64,000 nt of DNA from Spirochaetia bacterium (GTDB lineage Bacteria; Spirochaetota; Spirochaetia; CAKZLE01). Below are positions 8,900-18,407 of the stretch, one piece after another. The stretch is taken from contig OY782041.1 in NCBI GenBank assembly GCA_963677595.1, positions 3,552,001 through 3,616,000 on the forward strand, in the 5' to 3' direction. Numbering within the stretch: position 1 is the first letter of the stretch; each line of letters begins with the position of its first letter. Position numbers and translations under genes: made by a program. The notes beneath the pieces are model-generated. The model had not been told where the DNA came from, did not search any database, and saw only the letters and a program-made list of their open reading frames with translations.

Positions 8900-10897
8900 T
8901 CAGCTGCTCATCCTGGCCCGGAGTGCCTGGAGTTTCTTCAGGCTGTCCGCCATGGAGAGCTCCTCATCCTCCTGCACATGGGCGAGGAGGTCGACCGGGA
9001 TCTCCTGCAGGAAGCGCGAGGGGGTGGAGGTGATGACCTCCCGGAGGTATTTCCGCTGCCTGCAGCTGGTGATGACCAGCGACTGCTTCGCACGGGTGAT
9101 GGCGACATAGAAGAGCCTGCGCTCCTCCTCGAGGTTGTGCTCATCCTCCTCGATAGACCGGGCATGCGGGATGATATGGTCCTCCACGCCTGCGAGGAAG
9201 ACCGTGTTGAACTCGAGGCCCTTCGAGGCATGGATGGTCATGAGGTTGATCTTCCCCTGTTCCTTCTCCTTGGTGTCCGAGGTGTTGAGGGTGATCCGGT
9301 TGAGGTAGTCATAGATGTTCGGCTTCAGGTTGTCCGGGTCGTTCTCCCATCGCTGGAACATGTCGAGGAAGATCTCGACGTTCTTCAGTTTCCATTTCAC
9401 GAGTCGCTCGTTCTCCGGGTGCTCGCCGATCAGGTAGGAGCGGTAGTCGATGGCCGCGATCAGCCCCTTCATCGAGTGGGCCATGTTCTTCTTCGAGAAA
9501 ATCTTCTGCTTATACTCCTCGATCAGCTCCGTGAAGGACTCGCAGATGCCGTGGAGCCTGTCGGCGACCGGTGCATCGGGATCATGGGCCATCTTCGAGA
9601 CGGCTGAGAAGAGCGACATATGGTGCGACTTCGCGTAGCTGCGCAGCTGTTCGAGGGAGACGCGGCCGATGCCGCGCCTCGGCGTGTTGATGATCCGCAG
9701 GAAGTTCACGTCGTCATCGGGGTTCGTGAGCAGCCGCATGTACGCGATGATATCCTTGATCTCCTTGCGGCCGAAGAAGCTCTGTCCCCCGGAAACCGTA
9801 TAGGGGATCTGCTGGGAGAGGAACTCCTGCTCCAGGGTGGCAAGCAGGCTGTTGGTCCTGACGAGCACGCCCATATCGTCATACGAGACCTGCTCATCGA
9901 AGCCGATCTGCTTGATCGTGGAGCAGATGAAGTCTGCCTCATGCTCCTCGTCCTCAGGATGGAAGATCGATATGCTGTTCCCCTTCTCGCTGCCGGTCCA
10001 GAGTTCTTTGCTCTTCCGCTTGGTATTGTTGGCGATCACGGTATTCGCCGCATGGAGGATGTTGCCGGTGGAGCGGTAGTTCTGCTCCAGCATGATCTCC
10101 TTCACCTCCGGGAAGTCCCGCTCGAATCTCACGATGTTCTCGTAACTCGCGCCCCTCCAGGAGTAGATGGACTGGTCGTCGTCCCCGACGACGCAGATAT
10201 TCCTGCTCTCGGAGGCGAGGAGGTTGAGCAGCCGGTACTGGACGAGCGAGGTGTCCTGGAACTCATCGACCATGATGTAGGTATACCGGTCACGGTATGC
10301 CTGCAGGACACCCGGGAAGGTCTCGAAGAGCTTGATCGGCAGGGTGATGAGGTCATCGAAGTCGACGGCATTATAGGCCTTGAGGTGGAGGTTGTACTCC
10401 TCATAGATCTTCTCGTAGCTCCGGTTCTCATTGCTCCAGGAGGTACGTCCGGTCTTGATCGCGGAGAAGAGGTTCGAGAGCTCATAGAGGTCGATGCTCT
10501 CCAGCGGTATATGCAGGTCACGCACGATCCCCTTGATCATGGCTGACTTGTCAGCCTGGTCGTAGATCGTGAAGTTGTGGTCGAAGCCGAGGTGGTCGAT
10601 CTTCGACCGCAGCACCTGGACCCCGAAGGCGTGGAAGGTCGAGGTCGTGAGCTTCGGCAGGGGACTCCTGGTGAGCTGGCGCACACGTTCAGCCATCTCA
10701 GTCGCCGCCTTGTTGGTGAAGGTGAGGGCCAGGATGTTCGACTGGGCAATACCCTGTTCGAGCATATGGGCGATCCGGTAGGTGATCATCCTCGTCTTGC
10801 CTGAACCGGCCCCTGCTATGATGAGGACCGGCCCGTCAAGGGTCGAGGCTGCCTGGTACTGTCTGTCGTTGAGTTCTTTCTTGAGGTTGATTGCCAT
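8900..10897 (-). CDS. UvrD/Rep/PcrA family DNA helicase
   Basis: AGAGSGKT, TFTNKAA, VDEFQDTS, VGDDDQSIYSWRGA, LEQNYRST, TIHASKGLEF, EEERRLFYVAITRA. Confidence 0.96.
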   Translation of the reverse strand: MAINLKKELNDRQYQAASTLDGPVLIIAGAGSGKTRMITYRIAHMLEQGIAQSNILALTFTNKAATEMAERVRQLTRSPLPKLTTSTFHAFGVQVLRSKIDHLGFDHNFTIYDQADKSAMIKGIVRDLHIPLESIDLYELSNLFSAIKTGRTSWSNENRSYEKIYEEYNLHLKAYNAVDFDDLITLPIKLFETFPGVLQAYRDRYTYIMVDEFQDTSLVQYRLLNLLASESRNICVVGDDDQSIYSWRGASYENIVRFERDFPEVKEIMLEQNYRSTGNILHAANTVIANNTKRKSKELWTGSEKGNSISIFHPEDEEHEADFICSTIKQIGFDEQVSYDDMGVLVRTNSLLATLEQEFLSQQIPYTVSGGQSFFGRKEIKDIIAYMRLLTNPDDDVNFLRIINTPRRGIGRVSLEQLRSYAKSHHMSLFSAVSKMAHDPDAPVADRLHGICESFTELIEEYKQKIFSKKNMAHSMKGLIAAIDYRSYLIGEHPENERLVKWKLKNVEIFLDMFQRWENDPDNLKPNIYDYLNRITLNTSDTKEKEQGKINLMTIHASKGLEFNTVFLAGVEDHIIPHARSIEEDEHNLEEERRLFYVAITRAKQSLVITSCRQRKYLREVITSTPSRFLQEIPVDLLAHVQEDEELSMADSLKKLQALRARMSS

Positions 10898-10913
10898 GCT
10901 GTACCTTTATGTG

Positions 10914-11393
10914 TCAGAGAGATTTGATGAAGATCGAATGGGTGCCGACACCCATGAGGATGATCGTCGAGACGATCAGGCCGGAGATGATCACCCCGCC
11001 AAGGACGGCAAGGCAGGTCCGCTTCCACTCCAGGCCGAGAACCCAGGCCCCGAGTGTCCCGGTATAGGCGCCGGTGATCGGGAGGGGGATCGCGACGAAG
11101 AGCATCACACCGAGATACTCATACTTCTTCACCTTTTCCTCGATCCTCAGCCGTGCACGCTGTACGAACCGGTCGAAGAGCTTGGAGTACCACTCCCACC
11201 GGTAGAAGAGCTTGTGTACCGAAGAGAGGAAGATATAGACGAGCGGTGCGACACAGGCATTGATCCCCACGCTGAGGAGGTAGGAAGCCTGTATCGACAT
11301 CCCATTGAAATAGGCATAGGGCAGCGCTCCCCTGAGTTCTGAGATCGGCAGCAGGGCGAAGAGTATGGTGGCAGTCACAGTCGTTGTTTCCAT
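10914..11393 (-). CDS. Small multi-drug export protein family (COG2426)
   Basis: PISELRGALP, FVAIPLPITGAYTG. Confidence 0.85.
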   Translation of the reverse strand: METTTVTATILFALLPISELRGALPYAYFNGMSIQASYLLSVGINACVAPLVYIFLSSVHKLFYRWEWYSKLFDRFVQRARLRIEEKVKKYEYLGVMLFVAIPLPITGAYTGTLGAWVLGLEWKRTCLAVLGGVIISGLIVSTIILMGVGTHSIFIKSL

Positions 11394-11442
11394 TGGTCCT
11401 CCGGAACTCCCATCATGGGAAAAATACGGGGTGTGGTCAAGG

Positions 11443-11700
11443 GCTCAAGGCTGTTTACAGCCTTGAGCTTGGCATGATCCTAATGGCTCATGGGGCCTGA
11501 TTCATCGTAAACGACCTTTAGCTTGGCATGATCCTAATGGATCATGGGGCTTTCAAAGGTCATTAGCTTGGCATGATCCAAGGATCATGTGGCCTATTTT
11601 ATCGTAAACAGCCTTGAGCACTGTTTTATCGTAAACAGCCTTGAGCTTTGCATGATCCACAGATCATGGGGCTTTCAAAGGTCATTAGCTTGGCATAATC
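11443..11700. repeat. Mosaic intergenic repeat of palindromic units with alternating linkers
   Basis: Core agcttggcatgatcc-N-gatcatg at about 11466, 11520, 11565 and 11644, partial at 11687; linkers tttcaaaggtcatt (x2) and t(t/c)atcgtaaac.. (x3); perfect 12-bp-arm hairpin at 11443-11468. Confidence 0.9.
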
Positions 11701-12785
11701 TCGATGGCGTCAGCAGGACAGACCTCATGGCAGCAGTAGCATCTGATGCAGACCCCGTGGTCGATCGTCAGGGACGATGAACCGCTGATCGCGTCAGCGG
11801 GGCAGATCTTCTCGCATTTCCTGCAGAGTATGCATGCATCATTCATGATGACCGGGGGCGGGTCCTGCTTCTTGCCGAACCAGGATCGCAGGATCCTCAC
11901 TGCCAGGGATGGGACATGGGTGGGGGAGCTGCGCTTGATGCGCACGAAGCTCTCCGGCGCGACATCCTCGGGACGTGAGAGCGGGTAGGTTATAGCATCG
12001 GCATCGATGGAGTGTACTATCCTGCGCCTCAGCGCCTCGGCGAGGATCGGTATATCATGGGGACGTTCCCCCATGATGGTCACCGCTGCCGTGTCGAGGG
12101 CAAGCCCGTCATCAGAGACGATGACAGCACCTACTTTCTTCGGCGTCCCGTTCCCAGGGCCCGGACCCTCCATGGCGACGATCGCGTCCATGATGTGTAT
12201 GTTCACCGGTATTGACTGGTAGAGATCGAGGATCATTCGGGCGAACTGCCGCTTGCCCCGGTACCTCAGGTGGTAGGGGCTTTTGGAGAGCGACGGGATG
12301 AGCCCGAAGAGGTTCTTCACCGCTCCCGTGTAGAACATGAACTGGTGGGTCTTCATCTTCGGCAGGTTCACGATATAGTCAGCCTCAGTGGCGATTGAGG
12401 CTACCGTGAAGGACTCACTGCCATGGTAGACGGTGACCGTCTTCTTCGTGAAGTCGACCCAAGGCACCGATAACCGGTCGCATACCTCCCTGATACCGCT
12501 CTGTCTCGGGGCGAATCCCGGGGTCTGGATCGCCGGGGAATCCCCGACAACCGGCTTCCCGCCACGTTCGAGGATGATGGAGCAGACCGCCTCGACGACT
12601 GCCGGGTGGGTGGTCACTGCCTTCTGCGGTCCCTTATCCGAGAGGATGTTCGGCTTCACAAGGACGAGCTTGTCTTGCAGGTCTGGGATCCCTATCACCT
12701 CCCAGCTCTCTTCGACAGCTTCCCGCACGGCAGCGGGGTCATAGGTAGAACATGGCCTGATCGCGACAGTCCTCTCTGTTTTCAT
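11685..12785 (-). CDS. DUF362 domain protein with C-terminal 2x[4Fe-4S] ferredoxin
   Basis: VLVKPN, TTHP, VNLPKMKTH, GAVKNLFG, MEGPGP; CILCRKCEKICP and CIRCYCCHEVCP; RBS aaggag before the ATG at 12785. Confidence 0.9.
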   Translation of the reverse strand: MKTERTVAIRPCSTYDPAAVREAVEESWEVIGIPDLQDKLVLVKPNILSDKGPQKAVTTHPAVVEAVCSIILERGGKPVVGDSPAIQTPGFAPRQSGIREVCDRLSVPWVDFTKKTVTVYHGSESFTVASIATEADYIVNLPKMKTHQFMFYTGAVKNLFGLIPSLSKSPYHLRYRGKRQFARMILDLYQSIPVNIHIMDAIVAMEGPGPGNGTPKKVGAVIVSDDGLALDTAAVTIMGERPHDIPILAEALRRRIVHSIDADAITYPLSRPEDVAPESFVRIKRSSPTHVPSLAVRILRSWFGKKQDPPPVIMNDACILCRKCEKICPADAISGSSSLTIDHGVCIRCYCCHEVCPADAIEIMPS

Positions 12786-12859
12786 CGTAAAGCTCCTTGG
12801 TAACAGCATGGTTCAGCGTTGACATACACAGCGTGATTCACTTACTCTAGAAGTCTATT

Positions 12860-13561
12860 ATGCAGGAAAAATTCAAGGAAGTACAAGCGGCAGCGGACGG
12901 CATCATCTGTGACCTGGATGGTACACTGCTGAACACCATAGCGGACATCGCGGCAGCGATCGAACCCGTCCTCTCTTCAAGGGGATTCCCCGGCCATCCG
13001 GTCGAGGATTACAAGCAGTTCGTGGGGGACGGCTTGAAGAAGACCCTCATCAGGGCCCTCCCTGAAGGCCACGGGCTTGCTGACGAAGCTGTAGACAGTC
13101 TCTATGGTGAGATGATGCGCAACTACCAGGCCTCCCCCTACCGGCACACCGTACCCTATGAGGGGATCTCTCGGTTCCTGGAGGAGATCATCAGTCTTGG
13201 CATCCCGGTCGCGATCCTCTCGAACAAGGACCATGCGCTCACCGTGGAGATCGTGAGCCATATCCTGCCTTCCTTCGAGTTCTCCTGGGTGCAGGGACTG
13301 AAAGCCCCCTATGCGGGGAAACCCGACCCCGAGGCGGTCCTGATGATCGCCGGCGTCATGGGATGTCGTCCTGAGCGGACGCTCTTCATCGGTGATTCCG
13401 AGGTGGACTACCTGACAGCCCAGAATGCCGGCATGATCCCGCGGGTGGTGACCTGGGGGTTCCGGGATGCGAATGAGATGAAGAAGAGTATCGATGAGTC
13501 ATTGATGATAGATACCCCCCAGGAGCTGCTGCAGGATGTGAAAGCGCTCCTTGGGAGATAG
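12860..13561 (+). CDS. HAD family hydrolase (phosphoglycolate phosphatase-like)
   Basis: DLDGTL, SNK, KPDP, IGDSEVD. Confidence 0.9.
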   Translation: MQEKFKEVQAAADGIICDLDGTLLNTIADIAAAIEPVLSSRGFPGHPVEDYKQFVGDGLKKTLIRALPEGHGLADEAVDSLYGEMMRNYQASPYRHTVPYEGISRFLEEIISLGIPVAILSNKDHALTVEIVSHILPSFEFSWVQGLKAPYAGKPDPEAVLMIAGVMGCRPERTLFIGDSEVDYLTAQNAGMIPRVVTWGFRDANEMKKSIDESLMIDTPQELLQDVKALLGR

Positions 13562-13583
13562 GATGAAGAGTATGGAGGGAACC

Positions 13584-15278
13584 ATGGATTTCGAGATGTA
13601 TTATGAGAAGGCTTCAGAGTATGTGAAGTATGAGTCAGTCGATACGTTCAGGCAGGAAGTCATCCAGGCGATGAACCAGGAGGATGTCGAGGAGCTCCAT
13701 GACCGGTTCTACACCGAGCTCGAGTTCGGGACTGCGGGGATGCGCGGCGTCATCGGCGGCGGGTACAACCGGATGAACCCCTACATCGTGAGCAAGGTGA
13801 CCCAAGGGTTGGCTGACTACATCAACGAGGCCTCACCTGACAACCGCACCGTGGTCATCGCCTGCGACTCGCGCAACTACTCGGAACTCTTTTCCGAAGT
13901 ATCTGCCCAGGTTCTCTGTGCCAACGGCATCAGGGTCTACCTCTATGACACGATCCATCCGGTACCGCTGCTCTCCCATGCGGTACGATACCTCGGCTGT
14001 GCCGCGGGCATCACCATCACGGCAAGCCATAACCCTCCCAAGTACAACGGCTACAAGGTCTACTGGTCCGACGGGGGCCAGGTGATCCCGCCCCATGATA
14101 CCGGCATCGTCAGCAAGGTCCGACAGGTTGCCGACGGCAGCATGATCAAGACCATGTCTTCAGCGGATGCACGTTCTCGCCGCCTGCTCTCCGGGGTTCC
14201 CGAAGAGGTGGATGCAGCCTACTACGACAAGGTCCTCGCCGATCCGGTCAGGAAGGCAGCCTTCGCTGAGGATGTCCCCTGCAAGGTAGTCTATACCCCG
14301 ATCCACGGGTCGGGGAACGTCCCCGTCCAGCACCTGCTCAAGACCCTTGGGGTAGACTACGAGGTGGTGGCTGAGCAGGAGGAGGCGAACGGGGACTTCC
14401 CGACGGTCACCCTCCCGAACCCCGAGAATCCGCAGGCCATGAGCCTCGCGATCGAGCTCGGCAGGAAGACAGGTGCCGATATCATCCTGGGGACCGACCC
14501 GGACTCGGACAGGCTCGGGATCGGCTTCCCGACAGATCCGGGGAAACAGGAGTTCTCCCTGCTGAACGGCAACCAGATCGCCGTCCTGCTGTGCGACTAC
14601 CTCCTTGCTACCCGGACCCCTGCGACCCCTGCCGTCTGCGTGAAGAGTATCGTCACCACTGACCTGATGGGTGCCGTGGCTGCTGCTGCGGGGTCGGAAT
14701 GCCGCGACGTACTGACCGGGTTCAAGTATATCGCCGACCAGATGATCAAGATCGAGGCTGAGGGGAAGAGCTTCATCTTCGGGGCTGAGGAGAGTTTCGG
14801 ATACAACTCCATGCTCGATGTGCATGACAAGGATGCCGTCTCCTCTGCCATTCTGGCCGTGGAGATGATGAAGTACCATGCGAAGAACGGGAAGAGCCTC
14901 CAGGACCGCCTCGAGGAGATCTGGGGTGAGTTCGGGTTCTACCTCGAGAAGGTCATCTCGAAGGACTACCCCGGTTCGGAAGGCAAGGCCGAGATGGAGG
15001 CGATCATGCGCTCCTACCGTGAGGCCGCCCCGACCGAGATCGGCGGGATGGCCGTCGAGTCGGTCGAGGACCTCCTCGCCGGCACGGGATCCTTGCCTCC
15101 GGCGGACGTGATCATCCTCCGCCTCAAGGGCGGGAGCAAGGTCATCGTCAGGCCGAGCGGGACGGAACCGAAGATAAAGTTCTACCTCTTCAGCGTGGCG
15201 AAGGAGGCCGACCTGGATGCGGCCAAAGCCGAGAGTGCCCGTCGCCAGCAGGCGATGATCACCTCGCTCGGGCTGTAA
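13584..15278 (+). CDS. Phospho-sugar mutase (phosphoglucomutase/phosphomannomutase)
   Basis: FGTAGMRG, TASHNP, DPDSDR, GAEESFG, RPSGTEPKIK; RBS ggagg before 13584. Confidence 0.94.
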   Translation: MDFEMYYEKASEYVKYESVDTFRQEVIQAMNQEDVEELHDRFYTELEFGTAGMRGVIGGGYNRMNPYIVSKVTQGLADYINEASPDNRTVVIACDSRNYSELFSEVSAQVLCANGIRVYLYDTIHPVPLLSHAVRYLGCAAGITITASHNPPKYNGYKVYWSDGGQVIPPHDTGIVSKVRQVADGSMIKTMSSADARSRRLLSGVPEEVDAAYYDKVLADPVRKAAFAEDVPCKVVYTPIHGSGNVPVQHLLKTLGVDYEVVAEQEEANGDFPTVTLPNPENPQAMSLAIELGRKTGADIILGTDPDSDRLGIGFPTDPGKQEFSLLNGNQIAVLLCDYLLATRTPATPAVCVKSIVTTDLMGAVAAAAGSECRDVLTGFKYIADQMIKIEAEGKSFIFGAEESFGYNSMLDVHDKDAVSSAILAVEMMKYHAKNGKSLQDRLEEIWGEFGFYLEKVISKDYPGSEGKAEMEAIMRSYREAAPTEIGGMAVESVEDLLAGTGSLPPADVIILRLKGGSKVIVRPSGTEPKIKFYLFSVAKEADLDAAKAESARRQQAMITSLGL

Positions 15279-15336
15279 TCGTTTCCCATTCGCCCGTTTT
15301 GGTAGTATAGTAGTAGAAGAAAGGAGTACCTAAACC

Positions 15337-16083
15337 ATGAAGCCGTTCTATGCATTGAGACGCAACAGCAATGACCTGATCCTGCTCACCCCCTTCCTCG
15401 ACCGGAGAGAGGTGGTGAGTTGGGAAGACGAGGATATCATCGTGCAGCTCTCCGGCTCCTGCGAACCCTCGATCGAGGAGACGATCCAGTACCGGCTCTA
15501 CAGTGCCATAGACGCTGCCGTCGATGCCTGGATCCAGGAACTGAAGTATATCCCTCGGCTGATCAACTCGGCACTGGCCTTCCTCGTCAGCTACTTCTTC
15601 TTCTCCTTCGTGGTACGGGACCCCGTCCCCGTGCTTGATGAGATGCTCCTCTCTGGCGGTGCCGCGGTCGCCGTCTACATCTGGACAGCGGCGAAGAACC
15701 GGAAGTCGGACCTGGCGACGAAGAAGCGGATGGAGCTCAAGAACCTCGTCGACGCGTCCGAATGCCGGGTCGACGAGAGCCTCTCTGCCTACGAGCAGCT
15801 GCTGAACGTCTATGACGAGATGCCGCCGCTCACCCTTGCCGATAAGCTCACCGGCAATGACGAGACCCTCGACCCCGTGGAGTTGCCCGCCCAGTCAGAG
15901 GTCGTGCAGGCCTACCTGGGCCTCTATCTGCGGCAGTTCGACCGGTACCGGAAGGCCATCGATGCCCTCGATGACAGCAGGATGACCGGGAGGCAGCGCG
16001 AGCGGCTCTCCGCCCGTCTCCTGACCATGTCGAGGAACCGGAAGATAGATCTTCCCCTGATCGCCCTGTTTCGCAGCCTCTAG
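15337..16083 (+). CDS. Hypothetical membrane protein (about 2 TM segments)
   Basis: Strong RBS aaggag, host-like codon usage, hydrophobic segments flanking RDPVPVLDE. Confidence 0.7.
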   Translation: MKPFYALRRNSNDLILLTPFLDRREVVSWEDEDIIVQLSGSCEPSIEETIQYRLYSAIDAAVDAWIQELKYIPRLINSALAFLVSYFFFSFVVRDPVPVLDEMLLSGGAAVAVYIWTAAKNRKSDLATKKRMELKNLVDASECRVDESLSAYEQLLNVYDEMPPLTLADKLTGNDETLDPVELPAQSEVVQAYLGLYLRQFDRYRKAIDALDDSRMTGRQRERLSARLLTMSRNRKIDLPLIALFRSL

Positions 16084-16120
16084 TTGAAGCATTCTCACCG
16101 AAAAGCTGTTTATACTCTAT

Positions 16121-17662
16121 GTGAAGCATTATCATCCCATGAGACTCCCGTCACTCCTGGAACTCTCAGGAGTGGCCGCTGCCCTCCTGCTCATCAGGCT
16201 GAGCGGGCAGTACGGGCGCATGCCTGCGCTGGCCATACTCATCATCATCATCCTCACACGGGTCGTACCGTTTGACAGGAGGCTCTACGTCAGTATCCTC
16301 CTTGTCTGCTGTTCCCTGATCTTCCTCCTCCCGCCATCCCCCCTCCCGGAGGAAGTACATACTGGGATGAGGCTCTCAGGGCAGCTCCTTGAGGACCCGA
16401 GGCAGGTCCGTTCTGACCTATACCTCCTGCACCTGCGCATCGACGGAATCACATCGGGCTCGGGACTGGTCAGGCAGGAAGGTGCATTCGGTGCATGCAT
16501 GCTCATGGCGGCCTCTGATGAGGCTCTATTCTGGGGTGATCGCGTGGAGGTCGAGGTCTCCGGTCTTGGGGATGACGGTCTGCTCTTCGGGAGGGACCTG
16601 AAGATGGCTGGACAGCCACAAGTGCTGCTTCTGCAGTTCAGGAAGATCGCGATTGGGGCTCTCATCAGGCGGTATAGTGAACTTCCCTATGATGTGGGAG
16701 CCCTCTGCAGGCTGCTCATCCTCGGGGAGTGCGGTGATCCCCACCTCCCGCTGCTCGAGTATATGACCCTCAGCGGGACCCGTCACCTGGTGGCCCTCTC
16801 GGGCATGCACCTCATGCTCATCGCCTTTGGACTCAGGCTGCTCGTCGGCAGGCTGCTGCCGGGGAGGGCAGGAAGCATACTGACGAGCGTCCTCCTCCTG
16901 TGCTATATCTTCCTCGCAGGATTCTCCCCCTCCCTGGTGCGGGCGGGGATCCTCTACCTCACCGGTCTCGGCAGGAGGGAACTGCCACTCAGGTCCCGCC
17001 TCTTCCTCACGCTGGTGGTACATCTCCTGCTCTTCCCGGATCACGTGGACTCTATCGGGTTCCTGCTCTCCTATGCGGCGCTCTACGCGATCATCTCATC
17101 CTCCCTGACACAGGCTGCACTGCGGGTGAGGGGAGTGCTCCTGAAGCCCGCGGTATCGCTGCTCGCAGCCTCGGCTGCGGCATCGATCTATACCCTGGCG
17201 ATACAACTCTCCTCCTTCGGGCGATGGTCAGCAGGGAGTGTTCCCGCCTCCCTGGTGCTCACTCCTCTGGTCATGGCCTATATGGTTCTCAGCCTGGTCT
17301 ACCCGGTCCTGCCGTTCATCGAGCCGGTTATCACGGGGCTCCACTCCCTGATCGAGCACATAGCCGTCCTGTTCTCCAGATGTCCCGCCGTGAGCTGCAG
17401 CCTTTCGCTGGCGATCCCCGTTGATGTGCTGTTCCTCCTCATTACGGCTGTACGACACCTGCTCTTATGTGGTAGGATTTCCCATAACAGGAGAGAGGAA
17501 CAGGTATATGAGCACGACATTTCGTTACGATTCACCAAAAGAGATACAGTCGTTACTGGCGGAGCGGGGCCTGTCGATGAACAAGCGGTTCGGCCAGAAC
17601 TTCCTCCTCTCCGAGGGAGCCCGGGAGCGGATCATCGAGGCCATGGGCCTCGAAGCAGATGA
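16121..17662 (+). CDS. comEC: ComEC/Rec2 family competence membrane protein (no beta-lactamase domain)
   Basis: G..HLVALSGMHL, GFSPSLVRA, SIGFLLSY; start uncertain; 3' end overlaps rsmA. Confidence 0.8.
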   Translation: MKHYHPMRLPSLLELSGVAAALLLIRLSGQYGRMPALAILIIIILTRVVPFDRRLYVSILLVCCSLIFLLPPSPLPEEVHTGMRLSGQLLEDPRQVRSDLYLLHLRIDGITSGSGLVRQEGAFGACMLMAASDEALFWGDRVEVEVSGLGDDGLLFGRDLKMAGQPQVLLLQFRKIAIGALIRRYSELPYDVGALCRLLILGECGDPHLPLLEYMTLSGTRHLVALSGMHLMLIAFGLRLLVGRLLPGRAGSILTSVLLLCYIFLAGFSPSLVRAGILYLTGLGRRELPLRSRLFLTLVVHLLLFPDHVDSIGFLLSYAALYAIISSSLTQAALRVRGVLLKPAVSLLAASAAASIYTLAIQLSSFGRWSAGSVPASLVLTPLVMAYMVLSLVYPVLPFIEPVITGLHSLIEHIAVLFSRCPAVSCSLSLAIPVDVLFLLITAVRHLLLCGRISHNRREEQVYEHDISLRFTKRDTVVTGGAGPVDEQAVRPELPPLRGSPGADHRGHGPRSR

Positions 17663-18362
17663 TGTCTGCTGGGAGATCGGCCCCGGCCTCGGTGCGATCA
17701 CCCATGATATCCTCCCGCGGGTGAAGTCCCTCACAGCCTTCGAGATCGATAACGGCTTCATCGGGATCCTCAAGGAGTTCTTCGCAGATGATGAGCATTT
17801 CAGCCTCCAGGAGGGGGATGCCCTGAAGCACTGGCCCAACTGCTGGAAGGCCCAGGGGACTCCTGACCTGATCTGCGGAAACCTGCCGTACAACATCGGG
17901 GCGACTGCGATCGCATCCTTTATCGAGAAGGAGTGCCTGCCGCCGCGCATGGTCTACACCCTCCAGAAGGAGGTGGTCCAGAGGATGTCTGCAGGACCGG
18001 GGAGCAAGCTCTATTCCGCCTTCTCCGTGGTATGCTCGTTGGATTATGAGGTGGAGCTGCTCTTCGATATCGCACCGGGGGCATTCTACCCCGTGCCGGA
18101 GGTGACCAGCTCCGTGGTCGGGATGAAGAGAAGGGAGTCTTCCCTCCTCACATCAGGGGAGAGAGCCGGCTTCCTCGATATGGTCCACCGGCTCTTCTCC
18201 AGCCGGAGGAAGACGATCCTCAACAACCTCTCCGGCTTCAGGGGACTGCCGAAGAACGAGATCTCTTCACTGCTCACCGCAGCAGGGTTCAACCCCTCGG
18301 TGAGGGCAGAGCGTCTCTCTTTAGAGATGATGATCGACCTGTACCGGGTGCTGATGAAGTAG
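17508..18362 (+). CDS. rsmA: 16S rRNA m6,2A1518/1519 dimethyltransferase
   Basis: KRFGQNFL, EIGPGLGAIT, GNLPYNI, QKEV, FYPVPEVTS, RRKTILN; RBS gagg. Confidence 0.96.
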   Translation: MSTTFRYDSPKEIQSLLAERGLSMNKRFGQNFLLSEGARERIIEAMGLEADDVCWEIGPGLGAITHDILPRVKSLTAFEIDNGFIGILKEFFADDEHFSLQEGDALKHWPNCWKAQGTPDLICGNLPYNIGATAIASFIEKECLPPRMVYTLQKEVVQRMSAGPGSKLYSAFSVVCSLDYEVELLFDIAPGAFYPVPEVTSSVVGMKRRESSLLTSGERAGFLDMVHRLFSSRRKTILNNLSGFRGLPKNEISSLLTAAGFNPSVRAERLSLEMMIDLYRVLMK

Positions 18363-18407
18363 GCTGGTCTTTATACGTAGCGAGTTCGCAAAGTTCTGAG
18401 TTGCTCA

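Noticed and set aside
11443-11700. CRISPR array
   Set aside because: The linkers are short (14-23 nt) and recur, the repeats are degenerate, and there are no cas genes in the window. Kept as a mosaic repeat.
11589-11780. 63-aa ORF with repeated FIVNSLE
   Set aside because: By-product of the DNA repeat; antisense overlap with the DUF362 gene; no RBS.
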